In this document: positions 51,171-64,000 of the stretch, piece by piece | How the letters are laid out: each line of letters begins with the position of its first letter | Numbering within the stretch: the stretch's first letter is position 1 | From: Felis catus | Taxonomy: Eukaryota | Length of the DNA stretch: 64,000 nt | NCBI RefSeq assembly: GCF_018350175.1 | Contig: NC_058368.1 | Location: 216,444,001 to 216,508,000, forward strand | Direction of reading: 5' to 3' | Made by a program: the position numbers and the translations under genes | Notes under the pieces: model-generated | Databases searched by the model: none | What the model saw: the letters and a program-made list of their open reading frames with translations, nothing else | Told to the model about the DNA's origin: nothing

Positions 51171-54108
51171 AACCATTAGAAAGGAAAATAGCATGTAAAT
51201 ATGGCAAAAAGATTTTCCCTTGTGAACTTTTTTTTTTGTTTTGTTCACATGTGTTTTTTTTTTTTTTTTATTTAGGAGAAATTTTATAAAAACTAGTCAG
51301 TGACATGAAGAGGTCAAGCGGAATCGTATGTTATCATCACCTAGTTTATCTATTTGTGCTTTGGCGGGTATTTGGAAACACAGAAATGTTATAGTAGATT
51401 TTGATGTTCACCTTAGGGCTCTGATTTTAGACTTAAGGTTTTACACCAACAGATGACAGGTCTGTTAATGTAAGAAAGCTACTGATAGTTTGATGAGTGG
51501 CATCTTCTCCACTAGGAGGATTAACGATTTTTTTCTTGGTATTTAAATAAAAAGTGTCTATGTTATTATTTCATTATTAAGTATAATCTTGCTAACAATG
51601 GCAAACAGGTAAACTTTTCATGTAGATTCTTACGAGGTGAAGATATGTAATAGGGTGACTTTTATGCTGTCAGATTTTTTTAAAGAAATGTGGAGTCATT
51701 AACTGATTAGAATACTATTTGCTGGGAGGGGGTGAAGACCTAAAACTCTAAAACTTAAGCCGGACAAGATGTGATTGAGTTACAGTAGGGAAGTCTAGAA
51801 CAGGTGGATTTTTTTGGTTCTTATCTATTACAAAATCTTTTCAGCACAAGAGTATACAGTAGTTACATTTTTATATCAGTACACACATTTACAGTAACAA
51901 GTTTCACCTATTACATTTTTATTACCTGTATATATTATCTCTCTGATTATTCTTTCTGCATTTGTGCATGAGACTGAGATATTTTTATACCTGTGACAGA
52001 GAAAAATGTGTCGCTTTATCTTCTTCTATTCATCCAAATGAAAAATTAAATTAACGAGGAGAAGTGTGCTTATTTAAAGGGCACAGGTTTCCATATTCAT
52101 AAAGAAATTCCTTTACCTGTTCACTCAGTTTGTGGAGCAGTTCACCACCTAGTAAATTATTTGGTTGTGCTATCTTATCAGTCTTGCTGGTTGGTATTAA
52201 TAAGGTAACTAACTTTTCAAAATCATTCAAAAAGTTGAAATTTGGGTGAAAGTTAAATATTCTTGGCAGATAATATAAGGGTGATGAAAGACTCTTCACT
52301 CTGACAGTGGCATTCTTTCCGAATTTAAATCACTTTGACCTCTTTTTCAGTATTTCAAATTGTAAAACTCCATAACTCCCCCCCCCACCCCCCGCCCTGT
52401 CTGGCCAGGAACTCTATCAGCAAAATGCTTTGCCGTCTTCAACTGTCAAGTAATTTATGATCTAATATTAGAGCAAGAGATATTTAAAAATAAATGGATA
52501 TCTTTTCCTAGCAAGTGCACAAGACATCTTCTCATCTGACACATTTAAAATTGATATTTATCAACATGAGGGAAATGTGGCAGGATACCAGAGTTTAAAT
52601 TCACTCTATTCTGTGAACCTATAGGATAATGAGCTGTCATGCATGTCAAAAGCAATCACTGCCTGGATTTCTATAGTCTTTGAACTTGGGGAAAGGTCCT
52701 TTTTACTCTTTTCCTTTAACATTTTCACTCACCATCAATTTTTTTTGAGGTTCTAGATCCAAGTTTTAGCAACACATAGGATAGAAAAAACCTCAGAATA
52801 TTTTAAGTAGTTTACAAGTACTTAAGCATAAGTGCATAAATGCATTTCCCTGTGACTGCCCCAGTCTTAACATTTTCCACTTCATTAATATACAAGACGT
52901 TATCATGCTGCCTTTAGATACAGTACATATTGCAATTTGTATTGCATGAATGAAAACCCAGGCAAATGTCACCCCTAAAGTTATTTAATTTTTATTTAAA
53001 TTAATTTTAATTTAATAACAATCAGTGGAACCGCATGTTATTTTCTAAGCAAGTAGAGTGTGTAAGAAATGCAACTTGAGAGGGATATTTATAATTATAG
53101 AATTTTTTAAATATTGAGATGTTATTTCATATAGAAATCTTTTGTTCTCATATTATGTCAGAAACATGAGAGGAGAGCTATAAAATGGCATTTGCCCAAA
53201 TGGACCCACTATTCTGTATATTTTCTAATGAGCTTAATAAATATCAAAGAAAAAATTGTACCAGTCCATTAAGTTTAGGAATGATGAAATAACCTTATTT
53301 ACACATAGTTTTTATTTTATGTCACTTTAACATGCATCTAGGAACTATTTTGGAAGTGCAGGTATGTATAAAGAATGTTGTAACATGCCCACCATTGAAA
53401 TTTAAATAACAAAATAATAAAGGTAGTTTTGAAATTTCCTGTGTAATGCTCTCTGATCTTTCCTTAATTTTTGTCTTCAACCTACCTCATATGAGGCAAA
53501 TGCTGTCCAGAATGTGCATTTGTCATCTACCTAGATTTCTATAGATCCTTGCTATGTTTGTTTATAAAGAACCAGACAGTATTATTCTGCAATTTTACAA
53601 GTTATTGGTGCCTATTGTTTCTATCATTTATGGCATTCTGATTTCTATCCAGGAATATGGTTTATCCCATGTCATAAATGTACTAGAATATATTCAAAAC
53701 AGTTATGTTGATTAACATTTAAGTTGTTACCATACACATGGTATATATGTATATATAAATATATACATACAAACAGCACTGGTGAGAATATTTCTGTGAC
53801 CCCTTTGTCATTGAGCACAGATGTGAGTTTCTCTAAGGTGTATACTTGGGAATACAATTGTAATTTTGTAGAATAAGTGCATTTTTAAATACACCAGATA
53901 TTGCCAAATCTCTGTCCAAAATCTGAAACAATTTGCAGCTAAAACATTGTGTGTGTCCCTTTTTCTACATATTTGACAACACTTGACGTTATCATACTTC
54001 ACTGGTTCTCAATGGAAGATTTTCTTATCCCTAGGGTATTTGGCAAAGTCTGGTGGGCTTTTTTGTTTGTCTGTTTGTTTCCTTAGTGTGGTCCCTAGAA
54101 GTTTTATT

Positions 54109-54167
<59 letters not shown>

Positions 54168-54230
54168 CGCACAGAGAGAGAGAGAGAGACAGAGAGAGAC
54201 AGAGACAGAGAGAGAGAAAGAGAGACAGAG
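54109..54230 (+). repeat. Compound (TG)n(AG)n microsatellite
   Basis: Seen directly. Confidence 0.97.
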
Positions 54231-54234
54231 AAAA

Positions 54235-55212
54235 TTTGCAACATATAAAATTTACCATCTAATAATTTATAAGTGTGTAATTCTGTGGTATTAAGAATAT
54301 TCACATTGTGGTGCAACCATCATCACCATCCATCTCCAAAATTGTTCGTCTTCTTAAATTGAAACTCTATACCCATTAAACACTAACCCCTCCACCAGTC
54401 TCCTCCCTAGCCCCTGGCAACCACTATTCTACTTTCTATCTCCATGAATTTGAGTATCTAAAGTACCTCTTATAAGTAGAATCACACTGTAATTGTCCTT
54501 TTGTTCCTGGTTTATTTCGCTTAACATAACGTCCTCAGGTTTTTTCATGTGGTGACATACTTCAGGATCTCCTTCTTTCTTAAACCCAATAATATTGTAT
54601 TCTGTGAATCTACCGCATTTTGTTTATCCATTTATCTGTCAATGGACATGTGTTATTTCCAAATTTGACTGTTGTGAATAATGTTTTTACTAATGGGTGT
54701 ACAGATACGGGTTCAAGTTCCTACTTCCCATTATTTGGTATATATTCTAAAGTGGAATTGCTAGATGGCGTAGTAATTCTATGTCTAATTTTCAGGAACT
54801 GCCATACTGTTCGTCAAACTGTCATCACCGGGTGCCTGGGTGGCTCAGTCAGTTAAGTGTCCAAGTCTTGATTTCAGGTCAGTTCATGATCTCATGGTTT
54901 GTGAGATCAAGCTCCAAATCCAGCTCTGATGGCAGGGGGCCTGCTTGGTATTCTCTGTCTCCTTCTCTCTCTCTCTGCCCCTTCCCCACCCTCTGTCTTT
55001 TTCTCTCTCTCAAAAATAAACATTTTTTTAAAGTGTCTTCACCATTTCACATCTCATCATAAGTGCACAACTATTCTAATTTTGCTACATTTTCACTAAC
55101 ATTTATTATGTTCTCTTCTCCTCCCCCCCACCTCCTCCTCCTCCTTCCCTCCTCCTCCATGCTCTTTTCTCCTTCTCCTTCTTTTTCTTCTTTAGTAATG
55201 GCCATCATTATC
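54235..55212 (-). mobile_element. L1MB-like 3' end, interrupted by a SINE
   Basis: ACATATAAAATTTACCATCT..TTCACATTGTGGTGCAACCATCATCACCATCCATCTCCA..CCCCTGGCAACCACTATTCTACTTTCT..GTGGAATTGCT..GGAACTGCCATACTGTT. Confidence 0.88.
54830..55030 (+). mobile_element. Can-SINE
   Basis: GGGTGCCTGGGTGGCTCAGTCAGTTAAG body. Confidence 0.92.
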
Positions 55213-56325
55213 TGAAGATTTTGATTATCCAACCAGAAGGGTGCTACTGACATCCAGTAAGTGGGTTCTGGGATACTTACAATCATCCTATAATACAAGT
55301 TGCGGGTCAGGCCCCACATCAAAGAATACCCAGCCTAAGATGTCAGTATCGCCAAAGTTGAAGCCATCAGTATACTTAACTATTTTTTAACAAACCCATG
55401 ACTATAGTCATCTCTTTGTATATATGAAGATATGTATATCATCTGATATTCTTATAAAATAATTGACAATTTCATATAAACTTTTACTGGGGAATTTGAG
55501 TTGCATAGATAGACTAAATTTATCAAGTTTTAATTTAATCACAAATAAATACCTGCATTAATTTATATATCCTTTTATGTTTAATGCTAATTAATATCTT
55601 TATCTTTTTCTTCAGACATGTCACAATTTTGAGAAACTTGAATTTTTCTTTTGTTCTTTCCCTATGTTTTATAGCATTATTATTGGCATTTAATTCATAT
55701 ATATATACACATATATATCATTTAATTCATATATATATTCATTTAATTCATATATACATATATGTATATAGCCATACTCTTTTCTATAGATAATTTTAAA
55801 GGTTTATCAACACTTTATCAATGCTTTTTCATCCTTGCTTCTTATTTCCCACTGATATACTCAGATATCATTTTCCTCTGTATTAAATTATATCTTTAAA
55901 TTTCTTACATGGATTAATAAAAAAACAGCTTGCAAGGCACTAAAGAGAACAGACAAATTTCATATAATTGAATGATAGTCGTGTGACAGCAACTTTTCAC
56001 ACACAATAGAAACCAAAATGCAATGGAATAATCCGTTTAAAGTCTTAAAGAAAATAACTCAAGTTGGAATTCTGTACCTCGGTAGTCTGTCAATTATAGT
56101 GAAGATAGATAAATACGTTTCAGATATAATGAGGGTTTACTACTAATAATCCTTCCCTCTAGATATCCAACATGAAAGAAAAAGAAACTGGAAGGAAGGA
56201 ATGTGGGTATAAGAAGCAATAGTGAAAAAGAATCCAATAATTCAGGTGTTTTTTTTTTTTTTTTTCCTTCTAATTTCCCTGCTGGTGATTCAATGTGTTT
56301 TGCAATATAACAACAAATACTTTCT

Positions 56326-56550
56326 GGGGCGCCTGGGTGGCTCACTCAGTTGAGCGTCCGACTTCAGCTCAAGTCATTATCTCACAGCTCGTGAGTTCCA
56401 GCCTCCCGTTGGGCTCTTTGCTGACAGCTCAGAGCCTAGAGCCTGCTTTGGATTCTGTCTCCTTCTCTCTCTTTCCCTAACCCATGCATATTCTGTCTCT
56501 GTCTCTCTCAAAAATAAATAAACGTTAAAAAGTTTTTTTTTTTTTTAAAA
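56326..56550 (+). mobile_element. Can-SINE
   Basis: Body plus TSD ACAACAAATACTTT. Confidence 0.95.
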
Positions 56551-56874
56551 AAACAACAAATACTTTTCTTTAATCCTGGAAAATTCTCAGCCATTACATC
56601 ACCGTTCTATTTTCGTGGTACTAAATTGACAACTTAAGTCCTTTAACCTCTTATTTTTTTTTTCTTTTTCTAAATGTGCATACTTCTTAGGACCCTATCA
56701 TTTCCCATTACTAATTTCCTTGTCTTGTTTTGAAAATTTTTCACTATTATATGTTTATTTTCTATTTTATTATTTTCAGATTTATTTTATTTCTTTCCTT
56801 TTGTTTTCTGTGGGTTTACTTGTGTTTTGATTTTTTTTTTAATTTATAGCCTCCTAAATGGATATATATTCTTT

Positions 56875-58210
56875 TTTAATTAAGACTTTATTTTGTTAGA
56901 GCAGTTTTAGGTTTATAGCAATATTGAGTGGAAGGTGCAGAGATGTCCCACATACCCTCTGTCCTCATACATGCATAGCCTCCCCCATTATCAACATCCT
57001 CCACCAGAGTGCAAAATTTGTTTCAACTGATGGACCTACACTGATACATCATCATCACCCAAAGTCCATAGTTGACATTATGGTTCACTCTTGGTGTATG
57101 TTCTATGAGTTTAGATAAATGTATAATTCTATGTATCCATTATTATGGCAAAGTAAAAAGTATTTTCACTCCTAAAAATTCTCCATGCACAACCTATTCA
57201 TCCCTCTTCACCCCCACAGTCTCTAGAAGCCATTGATCTTTTGTACTGTCTCTGTATTCTTTCTTCACCAGAATGTCATATAGTTGGAATCATACAGCAT
57301 GTACCCTTTCCAGATTGGCTTCTTTAACTTAGTAATTTGCATTTACGATTCCTTTATGTCTTTTCATGGTGGGGTAGCTCATTTATTTTCAGTACTGAAT
57401 AAGACTCCATTGTCTGGAGGCAACACAGTTTATCCATTTGCTTACTGAAGGTCATCTTGGTTGCTTACAAATTTTGACAATTATGAATAGAGCTGCAGTA
57501 AATATATTTGTTCAAGTTTTTGTGTGAACATGAATATATGTATATATATGTGTATATATATATAAACATAAACATATATATGGATACGTGTATATATACC
57601 AAATTGTCTTCTAAAGGGGCTGTACCAAGTTGCATCCCCAACAGAAATGAATGAGAATTCCTATTGCCCTACCTCCTTGTCAGCCTTTGTTGTTGTTAGT
57701 GTACTTGATTTTGGTCATTCTAATAGATGTGTAGTGGAATTTTATTGTTATTTTCATATGAATTTCTCTGATTACATATAATGAGCATCTTTTCATATGC
57801 TTCTTTGCCATCTGAATATATTGTTTTGTTGTGGTGTCTACTAAGGTCTTTGATTCATCCGTTATTGAGTTGTTTTCTTATTATTGAGGTTTAAGAGTTA
57901 TTTGCATATTTTAGGTAACTATTGATTATCAGATTTGCGTTTTGCAAACATTTTCTTTCAGTCTGGCCTATTTCTCGTTTTCTTGACATTGTCTTTCAAA
58001 GAGTAGATTTTTAAAGTTTAATGAAATCCAACCTTATTCATTATTTCTGTCATGGATCATGCCTTTGGTGTTATCTCTAAAAAGTCATCTAGATATAACA
58101 TTTATATTTTAACTAGATCATTTACATTTTCTCCTGTATTCTAAGAGTTTTATGGTTTTGTGTTTTACATGTAGATCTGTGATCCATTTTGAGTTATATT
58201 TGTGAAGCTT
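56875..58210 (-). mobile_element. L1MC/MB-like 3' region
   Basis: TTAGAGCAGTTTTAGGTTTATAGCAATATTGAGTGGAAGGT.CAGAGAT.TCCCA..CCCAAAGTCCATAGTT.ACATTA..CCAGAATGTCATATAGTTGGAATCATACAG..TCTTTTCATATGCTT.TTTGCCATCTG. Confidence 0.88.
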
Positions 58211-59361
58211 TTTGTCTTATTTTCTAACACTTTGAACAATGTTTAAAAATTTCTCTTGTTCCTCCTTTAGGTTTACTAATTCTTTATTCTTTGTTTATTA
58301 ATTAAATTTCTTAATTCTTTCAGCTTTGTAATATCAATTTAGCCCATCCCTTAAGTTTTCTATTTTTCCACCAGTGTAATTTCATTGTTGATACTGTTTA
58401 ATTTCTGGTAATTCTCCTTGGTCATTTTTATAATCCACCTATATTTATATTGAAGTTATTTTTAAAGATTCTTATCTTATCTTATATAACTTGGAATACT
58501 GTATAAAGACCTTCAGATTGTATTATAATTATAACACCTTAAGTGATTTTTCCTTTTATTTGGATCTATGTACTATCTCTATCTTATAATTGTTTTGTCT
58601 GCTTATCTTCAGCAAAAGTTGTCTTCTCAGTTGGATCACAATGATCTTGGTTTAGGCATTCACTGCTTCTAAAACTAGAAGTTCTCTTTAGGCTTTTCTT
58701 ACCTTTTTGTTGTTGTTTTACAACCATTTTATTCTATAATGCGGTTCTGGCTCTTACACGCACACACTGCAAGGATGGCTTCATGACTTTCACATGGCAT
58801 TTCTGTCTGCACATCTCAGATCTGTGTTTTCTACCACAAATCTGGGTTGACGGTGAGAATGTTTTGAATTCCCATCCTTGAATGCCTGACAAACATAGGA
58901 CATATACCCTTGATGTTGTTCTCACATTCTAGACCTGATGTTCAGGTTCAGGGCTCCTGGTGGTTTCTGTGCCTCCTCATTTCAGTCAGTGGATGGTTCA
59001 ATGTTCCCCTTTTGGGAGGAAGGATGTTGTCAATTGTTTCTGGCTTTTGACATCAGCTACAAGTGTAATTACTTTATAGAATGTTTTGTTAGTAGATATA
59101 CATTCACTGTCTTTGTGTTGAGACTACGATGCACTCTACAAGCCCCCTTCTCATTTATTTTTTTGCTTATTTATTTACATAGGCAGAATCAGCCTATGTA
59201 ATAGCCTGACCGAAGTTTATGTATTTAATAGCTGATGGATTTAAAATTCTGATCTACGTTTCTTGGCTCCTTGTTGAGTAATTTTGATGTTCTATCCAAG
59301 AATACACTATGTACTTTGTTTAACTCATCTTCATTCTTTTCAAGAAAAAGAAAAGAGCACA

Positions 59362-59572
59362 GGGGCTCCATCAGTTAAGTGTCTGAATCTTGGTTTTGGC
59401 TCAGGTCATGATCTCATGGTTTGTGAGTTCGAGCCCCACATCAGGCTCCGTGCTGACAGTGCAGGGACTGCTTGGGATTCTCTCTCTTCGTCTGTCTCTG
59501 CCCCTCCCCCATTTACTTTCTCTGTCTCTCTCTCAAAAGTAAATAAAAAAAAAACTTTAAAAAAAACAGACA
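59362..59572 (+). mobile_element. Can-SINE (head partly deleted)
   Basis: TSD AAAAAGAAAAGAGCACA on both sides. Confidence 0.93.
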
Positions 59573-59757
59573 AAAAAGAAAAGAGCACAATATAGCTAGT
59601 GTTTCATGGGACTTTAGATTGAATTCACATACATAATATTTTTTTCAACAAATGGTGCATATATGCTTTGTACAAATGCTTGTCAGACATCATTTATCTT
59701 GACATTTTAACCCCTTGATTAGTTCTGAGACAGAGAGATCATTTACTATATACTCTC

Positions 59758-60115
59758 TGCAATGGACTGAATGTTTATGTCACCCCAAATTTATATGTTA
59801 AAGCCCTAGTCCCAATGTGATGATAGCTAAAGGTGGGAGGCTCTGGGAGGTAATTAGGTTACGAGGACAGAACTTTCGTGAATGAGATAAACGCCCTTAT
59901 AGAAGCCTGAGGATTCGCCAGTTCTCTTGGCACCACGTGAAGATGGTCAGCAAACTGAAACGCAGAGGAGGTTTTTCACCAGAACCTGACCAAGTTGCCG
60001 CCGGTTCTCCCTGATTGCAGACTTTTAGCGTTCAGAACCGCGAGGAATAGACTTGTGTTTGAGAAGCCACCCAGCTTATGGCGTTTTGTTACAGCTGCTT
60101 GAGTTGACTAAGATA
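59758..60115 (+). mobile_element. MLT1A-type MaLR solo LTR
   Basis: TGCAATGGACTGAATGTTTATGTCACCCCAAATTTATATGTTAAAGCCCTA..GGGAGGTAATTAGGT..AAGCCACCCAG.TTATGGCGTTTTGTTACAGC..GACTAAGA. Confidence 0.9.
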
Positions 60116-60981
60116 TTTTCATTCATGGTAAATGAGTAACTGTTTTTTTTTTTAATTCAAAGAATACTGGAGGAACAAATATAAAGTGAAAATTTTCCCT
60201 TTTTCCAAGTCAACTGGAAAAAATGGTACTAATTACCATGTATATGATACTTTGAAAGTCAATACAGTAGATACTTAGACAACAAATAAAAGAACGTATG
60301 TGGTTTCAGCAATCCAGTAAGGAAATAACAATAACAACACTTTTGTTTTATACAGAAACCAACCACACAAATTTGTGTGGAGTTGAGAAATGTGTGCCTT
60401 ATTCTCCAAGGGAAATATTACATCACATTTTGTCATTTCATTGAATGTGTTTCCACAAAGGTGAAAATTGTTGTTATGAAACCTCAGTGCATCACGCTGT
60501 TGAGTTTGTAAGATTTTACCCGGGGCCTTCAAGCCAGTAATAATACGGTTTCAAGACAGATTGTCTTAACACAACCAGCTAAATGAAAGCCAAACAGGGA
60601 TACAGGAAATTGGTTGTTGTGTCTTTTAGACATATAAAAAGAAAGGAGATGCTAAACAGTAAAGAAAATAGTAATTTAAAAGAGAATAATGGAACTGAAC
60701 ATTGGAAGGTATTATATTGCAACTTGAATCAAATAATTTTGAAAAACATTCATCAAGGTCTTTTTCTTAGTCAATTATGCAATTAACATTTGCTTGTTTT
60801 CTCCTATACCTGCTTCTAGTGTATGCACATGTAGCTTATTGTGTGTGCTTATGAGGGTATTGTTTGGAATGTATAGTGTGTGTGTGACATAAAGATGTAC
60901 TAGTGAACATACCCCTACACAATCAGTGTGTCCTCAGAGCCAAGACTTATTACCCTTCAATGAATATATATTGAACTTTAA

Positions 60982-61188
60982 ATTTTTTTAATGTTTATTT
61001 TTGACACAGAGAGAGACAGAGCATGAGAGGGGGAGGGGCAGAGAGAGAGGGAGACACAGAATCCGAAGCAGGCTCCAGGCTCTGAACTGTCAGCACAGAG
61101 CCTGACGTGGGGATCGAACTCATAGACCGCGAGATCATGACCTGAGCGGAAGCCGGACGCTCAACCGACTGAGCCACCCAGGCGCCCC
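60982..61188 (-). mobile_element. Can-SINE (young)
   Basis: Near-consensus body; TSD GAACTTTAA. Confidence 0.96.
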
Positions 61189-61832
61189 ACGAACTTTAAT
61201 AAATAAGTGAATACATATGGGTGTGAGGCTGGAAATGACCATATATCCAAGAACCATAATTTATTTACAAAAAGAAATTATTTTGCTTACAGTTTTCAAC
61301 TTGGGCGGGGCCGCTGGGGACAACTCCCCACTGAGTAGCATCAGCTGGGGTAGAATAGAGCATGGCCGGATGCAGGTCTCATATAAAGGCTCACACATGT
61401 AATGCCTGGCAGTGGATCCTGCCTATTGTTGGGAGCTCAACTAGAGTTCAGGGTTGAAAAACCTACACATGAGTTCTCGAAGTACCTGCCCAGAAACTGT
61501 ATTGTCTATGATGACAATGTTTAAAAATATACAAGTAAAGTGCATACCACATATTTATAAAATATTTATAATGCAAATGAGCCAAAATGTTAAGAATTAT
61601 TTGTTTTTATTCTTTAAATGAGCCGTTAGAAGAATTTTTAAATATATTGTTATGTAGCAATATATTACCTAAATCATGAGTGGTTTTAAATTTTATCATT
61701 AAAGGCACTATACATTAAAGGCACTTTAATAGAACATATGCAATATGACAATTATAAACATGCATTTAAAAGAATCATAAAAAGTTAGCATTGTAAAAGT
61801 GGTTACTCCAACTTGTTGTAATAATATGACTT

Positions 61833-62033
61833 TTTTTTTTTAATTTTAGAGAGAACACAGTTGGGTGGGGGGAGAGGGGCAGAGGGAGAAAGAGAGAAAG
61901 TGAGAGAGAATCCTAGGCAGTCTCCATGCTCAGTGAGAAGCACGATGCCAAGCTCAATTCCACAACCCCAGGATCATGACCTGAGCTGAAATCAAGTGTA
62001 AGACATTCAACTGACTGAGCCCCCAGACACCCC
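61833..62033 (-). mobile_element. Can-SINE (older)
   Basis: TSD ATAATATGACTTTT. Confidence 0.9.
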
Positions 62034-62241
62034 ATAATATGACTTTTGACTCAGGACCTCTAATGGTTAAAGCTGTATAAAATGCATTAGCTTAAGCAAA
62101 ATTCATTTACATTAAATATAAGAATTAGGGTATTTGACTACTTTTTCCCTTAAAAATGTCTATGAACACTTAAAAGAAAACTTTATTTTCTTTATTAAGT
62201 TCTTGATAAGAGCAGGACCATAAAGTAGTATCGTAGGCATC

Positions 62242-62736
62242 TGCAGATAAAGGATGGTCCCCCCCAAAAATTTGCTTCAATTATTGAAACTGATGATGCC
62301 ACACATACACATCAAGAGGGTATGAAAGGGTTATTACTGAGGCGCCTGGCTGGCTCAGTCAGTAAAGCGCGTGACTTGATCTTTAGGTCATGAGTTCAAG
62401 CCCATATTGGGTATGGAGCCCACATAAAAAAATAAATTAAAAATGGGTTATTACTTAAATAAGTGGTCTTTCTGGGGAGCACAGGATAGCTCCCAAGTAG
62501 GCCCGAAAATGGGTTGAGAGTAAAGAAAGATTAGCTTGGGATTTTTCTGAAAGTTAGGGAGTGGGACAGGGGTGAGTATTCCCCTATGCAGGGGCAGAAG
62601 GAAGGAACGGATACCTGGGATTTCTTATCAGCTTGCTCATATGCGGAGCAGGAAGGGAAGAGGAAATTGTGAAGCTTAAAAACCATCAGCAGTCAAATAT
62701 ATAAAAAAAACAAATTGAGTCAGACTCTTTCATACA
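62242..62736. mobile_element. ERV-class solo LTR (subfamily uncertain), interrupted by a short old Can-SINE (~62339-62444)
   Basis: TG..TAAAGGATGGTCCCC..GAAACTGATGATGCCACACA..AAGAGGGTATGAAAGG.TTATTACT..TTTCTGGGGAG..GAGTCAGACTCTTT..ACA; SINE flanked by TSD GGGTTATTACT. Confidence 0.65.
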
Positions 62737-63147
62737 GGTAGACACTTGATATTTTTATATATCATATGTATACTTTTCTAAATGACATAAAGTGGAGAGA
62801 GCCCTCAAAAATCCTTGACTTCAGAATACAAGTGAAAATCATCTTGTGCTGAATCACCTCATTTGTGTGAGTACCTGCGTTACTGACCAGCCTCTTCCAC
62901 TTTCTAGCATCAGCACTGTAGTGCCACCCGCCTGATTTAATGCATCGTCCCATTGAATCCTCAGAAAGACCTTGGAATTTGCCCAACCTCACAGTTTAGA
63001 CAAGTAGAAATTAAAAGCATTAGTAAAGCTTGTTAATTTAGAATTTGCAGACATTTCAGGCTGTGTTTATGGTAAATATTAACAATCCATAAGGTAGAAG
63101 TATAGGTGTTGTATTTGGATAAAAAAAAAAACCTTGATAGTGATACA

Positions 63148-63298
63148 TGATAGATGATAGATAGATCATAGATAGATAGATCATAGATAGATAGATCATA
63201 GATAGATAATAGATAGATGATAGATAATATAGATGATAGATAGATAATAGATAGATGATACATAGAAAATAGATGATAGATAGATAGATAGATAGATG
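63148..63298 (+). repeat. (GATA)n-type tetranucleotide microsatellite, imperfect
   Basis: Seen directly. Confidence 0.95.
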
Positions 63299-63309
63299 AA
63301 AGAACTATA

Positions 63310-63520
63310 GGGGAACCAGGGTAGCTCAGTCGGTTGGGTGTCTGACTTCAGCTCAGGTCATGATCTCACGGTCCATGAGTTCGAGCCCCGCGTGGGGTTC
63401 TGTGCTGACAGCTCAGAGCCTGAAGCCTGTTTCGGATTCTGTGTCTCTCTCTCTCTGACCCTCCCCCGTTCATGCTCTTTCTCTGTTTCAAAAATAAACG
63501 TTAAAAAAACTTAAAAAAAA
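63310..63520 (+). mobile_element. Can-SINE
   Basis: Body plus TSD GAAAGAACTATAG. Confidence 0.95.
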
Positions 63521-63837
63521 GAAAGAACTATAGTTAAAATAATAAATGTGATTTCAAAAGCTAAAAAAAAGTCACAAGACTTTTCACTTTGCTTTATTCA
63601 ACACTGGTGCTTCGTTTGGTCACATGGTATTTTAATTTAAGCGGTTTTTTTTTTGGTTTTGTTTATCAACAGCTATTGTCATTATCCTATCTAAAACATA
63701 ACCTTTGACAGAAATAGGAGACAGACTGCAAGAAATCATGATTTATAGAATGCTTAAGATGAAAAAAAAAACAGCCAGAATATACTTTCATTTTAACTAT
63801 ATTCAAATGATCCCTTTTGGAGATTTAGAATAAACTA

Positions 63838-64000
63838 TAAATATATATGTGTGTGTGTGTGGGTGTGTGTGTGTGTGTGTATACACACACACACACACAT
63901 ATATATAGTTTATATATATATATTATATATATACACACACACACATATACATATATATGTATACACATACATATATATGTATCTATACACTTACGTATAT
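63838..64000 (+). repeat. Compound (TA)/(TG)/(CA) microsatellite
   Basis: Seen directly. Confidence 0.95.

Larger units (their letters stand above)
54000..55370 (+). mobile_element. MER20 (hAT) split into ~54000-54072 and ~55218-55370 by later insertions
   Basis: CACTGGTTCTCAA..GATTTT..AGGG.ATTTGGCAAAGTCTGG, resuming with GGGTGCTACTGACATCCAGT..GGGAT..CATCCTATAATACA..CAAAGAAT..GCCAAAGTTGA. Confidence 0.75.

Noticed and set aside
53983..54316. Low-complexity ORFs (CVCVCV, ERERER, HTHTHT)
   Set aside because: Microsatellite translations.
1013..61177. Many similar short ORFs (e.g. MAQSVKRPTSAQVMIS.., GAPGWRSRLSVRLQPGHDL..) that look like a protein family
   Set aside because: They are translations of dispersed Can-SINE copies, not genes.
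52051..62992. Other isolated exon-like minus-strand segments (~52117-52186, ~60500-60560, ~62875-62988)
   Set aside because: Weak splice sites, no recognisable protein and no consistent frame linking them.
1..64000. Recurrent ~200-bp repeats as a possible CRISPR-like or novel array
   Set aside because: Irregularly spaced, in both orientations, with A-tails and TSDs: ordinary SINE retroposition in a mammalian genome.

Overview
This is AT-rich mammalian genomic DNA, almost certainly from a cat (Felidae). About 30 tRNA-derived Can-SINEs match the feline SINEC_Fc type (GGGGCGCCTGGGTGGCTCAGTCGGTT...(CT)n...AAAAATAAATAAA). The window is intergenic or deep-intronic, and I could not recognise any intact protein-coding gene. 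Almost all ORFs in the supplied track come from SINEs, L1s, microsatellites or chance. The one confidently identifiable gene-derived sequence is a decayed, intronless, 3'-truncated MRPL39 retrocopy on the minus strand (~5550-6407). Much of the rest is L1 fragments (one with a twin-priming 5' inversion), L2/MIR relics, MaLR/ERV LTRs, a split MER20 and microsatellites. The most interesting oddities are genome-dynamics scars: a ~141-bp locally templated copy of an L1 piece inserted 1.7 kb away, a short perfect interstitial telomeric repeat, and a young SINE with a 3'-transduced tag. There is also a GC-rich unique segment at ~14.5-15.2 kb with promoter-like motifs and splice donors that may start an unannotated transcript. 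I found no convincing evidence of a novel multi-gene system. Repeat subfamily names are by-eye recognition from remembered consensus sequences, and boundaries are approximate.
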